Made by a program: the position numbers and the translations under genes
Source of the DNA: Planctomycetota bacterium
GTDB lineage: Bacteria > Planctomycetota > Phycisphaerae > UBA1845 > UTPLA1
Assembly: GCA_038042195.1 (NCBI GenBank)
Contig: JBBTET010000007.1
Coordinates: forward strand, 1-64,000
Direction of reading: 5' to 3'
DNA length: 64,000 nt
Notes under the pieces: model-generated
Seen by the model: only the letters and a program-made list of their open reading frames with translations
Told to the model about the DNA's origin: nothing
The model's database searches: none
Part shown: positions 59,716 to 64,000 of the stretch, piece by piece
Position numbering within the stretch: position 1 is the stretch's first letter
Layout: the number at the start of each line of letters is the position of its first letter

Positions 59716-60788
59716 GGCTGCGTCTCCTTTAGATACTGAAACACCTGCACGCGGCGATTGTAGGTGTCGGCGATCCAGATGCGATCCTGGTCGTCGATGC
59801 TGATGCCGGCGGGGAGGTAGAACTCGCCGGGGCCGCGGCCTTCTTGTCCGAGGGCCATGAGCAGGCGGCCCTGGTCGTCGAAGAGTTGGATGTTCTCGAA
59901 TTGGTTGTCGAGGACGTAAATGTTGCCTTGTGAGTCGGTGGCAACATCGCGCGGGAGGGCGAAGTCGCCGGCGGCGTCGCCCTTATGGCCGAAGGAGAGC
60001 AGCGGCAATCCGTCGGAGCGTAGAATTTGGATGCGGAAGTTCATGGAGTCGGCGATGGCAAAGCCTCGATCCAGGAGCCGGGCAATGCCGGTGGGGAAGT
60101 TGATTTCGCCGGCTGCGGCACCTCGCGCGCCTATCGTTCGAATCTTGGTACCCGTAGCGTCGAATACTTTGCAGTTGTGCGACCCACTGTCAATGACAAA
60201 CAACTCATCGGTGGAGGCGTCGTGGGTGATTGAGGCGGGGCGTTTTAGTTGGCCCTCACCGATGGTGCGTTGATAGACTCCGTCCATGTTGAAGAGGAAG
60301 ATGGCGGCGCGTTTGCTGTCGACGACGGCGATGGAGTCCTTTGCGAAGGCGAGGTCGATGGGCCATTCCAGTCGCTTGGAGCCGGTGTCACGAATCGTGG
60401 CGAATGAGCGCGACGCAAGGTCCATGCGATACACGGCTTGATTCTGGCCGTCGGCGACGAAGACGAGGTCGCCTTTGGCGATGACGGACATCGGCGTGGA
60501 GAAACCGATCTTGGGCTTGGGGCCGGTGAAGAGTTCGCCGAGGGATTGGAGGCCTTTCGCGGGTGCGTGGAGGCTGTCTTCGCCGGTGAGTTGGCCGATG
60601 TAGCGGATGCGGGGTTGGTCGGGGGATTTGGGCCAGACGATTGGGGGATTTTGGTCGGTGAAGACGGGTTTGAGTGGGCCTTGGCAGCCGAGATTTGCAA
60701 CGATGGCAATCGTGAGGAACACGAGGGTTGCGCGTAGTCGAAGCGCTTGGCAAGCCGCGCGGCTAAACGTGAGAAGGTCCGTGGTCAT
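59712..60788 (-). CDS. NHL-repeat (6-bladed beta-propeller) lipoprotein
   Basis: Lipobox ANLGCQG. Repeated NHL-like blades (…GIARLLDRGFAIADSMNFRIQIL…, …GNIYVLDNQFENIQLF…, …RIWIADTYNRRVQVF…). 4-bp overlaps with both neighbours. Confidence 0.7.
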   Translation of the reverse strand: MTTDLLTFSRAACQALRLRATLVFLTIAIVANLGCQGPLKPVFTDQNPPIVWPKSPDQPRIRYIGQLTGEDSLHAPAKGLQSLGELFTGPKPKIGFSTPMSVIAKGDLVFVADGQNQAVYRMDLASRSFATIRDTGSKRLEWPIDLAFAKDSIAVVDSKRAAIFLFNMDGVYQRTIGEGQLKRPASITHDASTDELFVIDSGSHNCKVFDATGTKIRTIGARGAAAGEINFPTGIARLLDRGFAIADSMNFRIQILRSDGLPLLSFGHKGDAAGDFALPRDVATDSQGNIYVLDNQFENIQLFDDQGRLLMALGQEGRGPGEFYLPAGISIDDQDRIWIADTYNRRVQVFQYLKETQP

Positions 60789-62884
60789 GATCGTGCCCTC
60801 CCAATGATCGGGATCTCGCGGCGCACTCGGATCCAGACGCCGAAGGAATCATCCTCCGACGTGGGCAGGTGCAGCGTCTCGTATTCTATTTCGAGCGAGA
60901 CAGTGAACAATCCGATTCGGTAGGCGAGGTTGGTGCGGAGGTCGACGCCGTTGGTTCGGCCGAAGAAGGAGTCGTCCTCATAGCGGTAGGCGGCGTTGGC
61001 GTTGGCCTCGATGTTGCGACCGAGCGTGTAACGATAGTTCATGCCGAGGTCGAGGAGGACGGTGTCGCGGGGTTCGAGGCTGTGCAGGCCGTCGAAGGCG
61101 AATTGCGACAGGGTGCCACGGCCGGTGACTAGTTGCATTGCATCTTGCGCGAGGACGGCATCTGCGTTGAAGTGGACGGCCTGGTAGGGATCGATGTTGT
61201 CGTCGTTGGTTTCGTATTCCATGCCGGCGGACCACCGCTTCTTTTTGTAGGTCATGCCGATGCGGTGGCGATTTACGTCGCGGTCGGAGTTGTAGAGGAG
61301 GAACCGTTGGCGATTGACGTCTTCCTCCTGTGCGGTCCCGGCGTAGTAGGGTGTCCAACCGTTCTTAAAGTCCTGTTGCACGCGTACATCGACACGGTCG
61401 CGTCGAATCGCGAAGTCGTTGAACACACGATAGACGTAGCTGACCATCACGGTCTGGCGATTCAGGATTTGGCCGGTGAAGACGCGGTGAATCGACAGGT
61501 ACTTGCCGATGGGGAGCAGGGTGTAATCGCGGCCGGGCAGGAAGATGCGCGATCGCGTGAGGTCGGTGACGACGACGGTGAAGAGATTCACGTCGCTGTG
61601 CGAGAGCATGGCGGGCAGCGGGTCGATGAAGGTGACGGATTCACCGGTGACGATGCCGTCGCGGTCGCCGTCGTTGGTGCTGTAGCCGGTGTGGTTGTAG
61701 GAGAGGTTGCTGGTGAATCGGCCGAGGTCGTTGTCCTTGCTGAAGGCGAAGTTGGCGAGGCCGCCCCATTCCTTGCTGTCGGCGTTTTCGTCGACGTCCT
61801 GGGTCAATGCGTAGAGATTGAAGTTGCTGGTAAGGGCGCTGGCGAGGGTGTGGGTGAGGCCGACGTCGCCGCGGCCTGTTTTGCTTTGGAGTTGCTGGAA
61901 GTTTTCCTTGAGCCACTGGACGCCGTAAGTGGTGAAGAGGTCGTCGGTGTGTTGCAGGTGGAGGCGCGGGGCGAACTCGGCCACGTCGCGTGCCCAGTCG
62001 CCTTTCTCATCCTCGTAGCGGGCGATGGTTTCGAGGCGATTGCGGCCCTGGTCACCGAAGGTGATGGTGTCGAGCAGCGAGAAGTAGTTGTGGCGATTGT
62101 TGAAGGTGTCGCGTGTTCCGGAGTATTGCTCGTCGCGGTCCATGTACTCGTAGTTGAGCTTCATGGAGTGGTTCGCGGTGGGTTGCCACGTGGCTTCATA
62201 GCGAAAGGCGTCTTCGGCGCGTTGCTCGCTGTCGTTGTAGAAGAAGGAGCGGCTGCCATCGAGGTCGTCGTAGAGGTGCTCGATGGTGAGCGACATCGGG
62301 AGGGTGGAGTCGTTGTAGTTGATCTGCGCGCCGTAGCGCTCGCGGGTGCGGTCGAGGCTGGGGAGGAATGGGCGGGCGAGTCGGTCATTGAGTTTCGACG
62401 CGAAGGCCGAGGCGGAGATTTTTCCGACGGGGAGGGCTTGCAGGCGCAGGTCGTATTCCAGTACCTGGCCGTGTGGATCGTTTTCCTGTCCGCCCAGACC
62501 GGGCGTGTCTTCCTGGAATCGCTCCTGCGAGAAACCGAAGCGGGCCATGGCGTCGTATTTGAGTATGCGTTCGTCGATGAGGCTGCCGCTGGAGTTGAGG
62601 CCGAGCGTTTCCTGGAAGATGCGGGATTCGTTGCGCTGTCGGTAGGCGGGCGGACCGAGCCAACTGGTCTGTTCGCTGCGCACGTGGCGTCGAGAGAGTT
62701 CGGCATCAAAGCCAAGGTCGGCGGAGAGTTCGTCGATGCTCATGAAGTTAAGGCGACGTGGCGCTGCATCGACGACGGCGGGTTGCGTGGTGGTGGCGGG
62801 TGATGCATCGTCCGCCCATGCGACAGTTGCCGCGCCGAAAATCAGCAGCGTTGCATGGAGCAGGTGGCGGCGTATATGGGCCAT
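60785..62884 (-). CDS. putative outer-membrane beta-barrel protein (porin-like), first gene of cytochrome operon
   Basis: Signal peptide MAHIRRHLLHATLLIFGAATVAWADD. Long stretch of alternating polar/aromatic strands rich in Y/N/D/T/R typical of large OM barrels. Start moved to 62884. Confidence 0.5.
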   Translation of the reverse strand: MAHIRRHLLHATLLIFGAATVAWADDASPATTTQPAVVDAAPRRLNFMSIDELSADLGFDAELSRRHVRSEQTSWLGPPAYRQRNESRIFQETLGLNSSGSLIDERILKYDAMARFGFSQERFQEDTPGLGGQENDPHGQVLEYDLRLQALPVGKISASAFASKLNDRLARPFLPSLDRTRERYGAQINYNDSTLPMSLTIEHLYDDLDGSRSFFYNDSEQRAEDAFRYEATWQPTANHSMKLNYEYMDRDEQYSGTRDTFNNRHNYFSLLDTITFGDQGRNRLETIARYEDEKGDWARDVAEFAPRLHLQHTDDLFTTYGVQWLKENFQQLQSKTGRGDVGLTHTLASALTSNFNLYALTQDVDENADSKEWGGLANFAFSKDNDLGRFTSNLSYNHTGYSTNDGDRDGIVTGESVTFIDPLPAMLSHSDVNLFTVVVTDLTRSRIFLPGRDYTLLPIGKYLSIHRVFTGQILNRQTVMVSYVYRVFNDFAIRRDRVDVRVQQDFKNGWTPYYAGTAQEEDVNRQRFLLYNSDRDVNRHRIGMTYKKKRWSAGMEYETNDDNIDPYQAVHFNADAVLAQDAMQLVTGRGTLSQFAFDGLHSLEPRDTVLLDLGMNYRYTLGRNIEANANAAYRYEDDSFFGRTNGVDLRTNLAYRIGLFTVSLEIEYETLHLPTSEDDSFGVWIRVRREIPIIGRARS

Positions 62885-63024
62885 CGGGCAACAAAACTTC
62901 CGCACACCGCCCGACCCCAAGGGCGGCCCATCGCGCACTCACCGCGCCGAGCGCGCTTCAGCGTGCCGCGTTTTCGCATCTTGATGGACACGTGCGCGCG
63001 GCGTATAGTCTGTTCCCGAACACG

Positions 63025-63741
63025 ATGAGATCATACTGCAAAAGCTCGAACCGTATACGGCGTTTCGCTACACTGAGCACCGCCGTTTGGTGCGTTTTTC
63101 TCGGGCTCTCGATCTTCGTCATCTCCATTACATCGGCATCCTGCGTGGAGGCGCAGCGCACCGGACGCGCGACCACCCTGCCTGCGACGGAAGCTAAGTG
63201 GGACGTGCCGCCGGAATTGCGCGATTCATTCGCCGGTGGCCTAATCGGCAGCAAGCACGACTTCAGCCGCGATCGGCACAACCCACGCGATTTGTGCTTG
63301 ACCTGTCACACGCCGCACATCACGACGGCTCGTGCCCCGCTCCTGGATCGCGCGCCGCGACCAGCGCAGGCGGCGTCGCTGCGGCAGGCGTTTGGGGATG
63401 AGCTGAATAGTTCGAGCATTTTGTGCCTGAGCTGTCACGATGGCGTGACCGCGCCGGATGTCTATACGTCGAGCCATTCACTGATGTGGACGGGGCAACT
63501 GGGCAGTCAGCAAGTCGGCTCACGGCCGTTGACCAGCCATCCGATTGGGGCGAAATATCCGCTGGTGGATTCCAAGTACCGCACGGCGGCGGAGGTGGAA
63601 GCCGATGGGCGTGTTCGGCTGCCGAGCGGGCGCGTGCAGTGCATTTCGTGCCACGACCCGCACAATACGGAGCGGCATCCTTCGATGCTGGTGCGGTCGA
63701 ATCAGCGGAGTAGTTTGTGTTTGGCGTGTCATCGGTTGTGA
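63025..63741 (+). CDS. periplasmic tetraheme c-type cytochrome, divergently transcribed
   Basis: Signal peptide. CLTCH, CLSCH, CISCH, CLACH. Start moved to ATG 63025 inside track ORF 62758..63741. Confidence 0.7.
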   Translation: MRSYCKSSNRIRRFATLSTAVWCVFLGLSIFVISITSASCVEAQRTGRATTLPATEAKWDVPPELRDSFAGGLIGSKHDFSRDRHNPRDLCLTCHTPHITTARAPLLDRAPRPAQAASLRQAFGDELNSSSILCLSCHDGVTAPDVYTSSHSLMWTGQLGSQQVGSRPLTSHPIGAKYPLVDSKYRTAAEVEADGRVRLPSGRVQCISCHDPHNTERHPSMLVRSNQRSSLCLACHRL

Positions 63742-63800
63742 GGGGAAAAAAGGCACGAAGGCACTGAGGCACGAGGGCACATAGGGGCAGCGGATTATTT

Positions 63801-63882
63801 GTAGGGTCCGCTGTGCGGACCGGAACGTGAAGAATGATATTCAAGCCGAGTCATTTAAAATGGTCCGCACAGCGGACCCTAC
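63801..63882. repeat. 21-bp perfect inverted repeat with 40-nt AT-richer spacer downstream of tetraheme cytochrome gene
   Basis: GTAGGGTCCGCTGTGCGGACC ...40 nt... GGTCCGCACAGCGGACCCTAC. Confidence 0.7.
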
Positions 63883-64000
63883 AGAGTCGCGCTGTCCTAA
63901 TCGTTAGTCCGCTGCTTTTTCTAGTTGGTTGCGGCGAATCCAACTTACAGCAGGTTCACGAGCGATTTCCGGAGCGGCTTTATCCGCGTGCGCCGCAGGC

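Overview
High-GC bacterial chromosomal window, mostly housekeeping genes. The gene content (ECF sigma/Ser-Thr kinase pairs, FlgM, dockerin-like modules, many secreted and lipoproteins) suggests a Planctomycetota-like organism; this is inference only. Core genes recognised from sequence: acnA (partial, runs off the window start), galE, moeA, apgM, selA-selB, ndk, flotillin, znuABC, flgM, gltD-like oxidoreductase, purA, uppS, tyrS, M20 amidohydrolase, rhodanese, two tRNAs (Asn-GTT; a CAT-anticodon tRNA). Lower-GC accessory patches sit between these. They are: a tRNA-Asn-adjacent islet (9.8-10.9 kb) with two orphan genes; an island at 28-33 kb with a retropepsin-like protease and a two-gene HNH-nuclease module; and an island at 50.6-55.3 kb with a DUF2283/toxin-like pair and an MmeI-family single-chain restriction-modification enzyme, next to two radical-SAM genes. 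The most striking structure is a pair of about 0.45-0.65 kb non-coding repeats (32.43-33.08 kb and 50.83-51.26 kb) in inverted orientation. They have internal short tandem repeats and roughly 80% identity over their collinear anchors. Each repeat sits at an island/core junction, and together they bracket a 17.7-kb housekeeping block. At 57-63.7 kb there is a tightly coupled operon: outer-membrane beta-barrel, NHL lipoprotein, 11-12-heme cytochrome c, then a CDF metal transporter, with a divergent tetraheme cytochrome. It resembles a porin-cytochrome extracellular electron conduit with unusual composition. An 880-bp GC-rich non-coding stretch (17.45-18.33 kb) and several long perfect palindromes are also unexplained.
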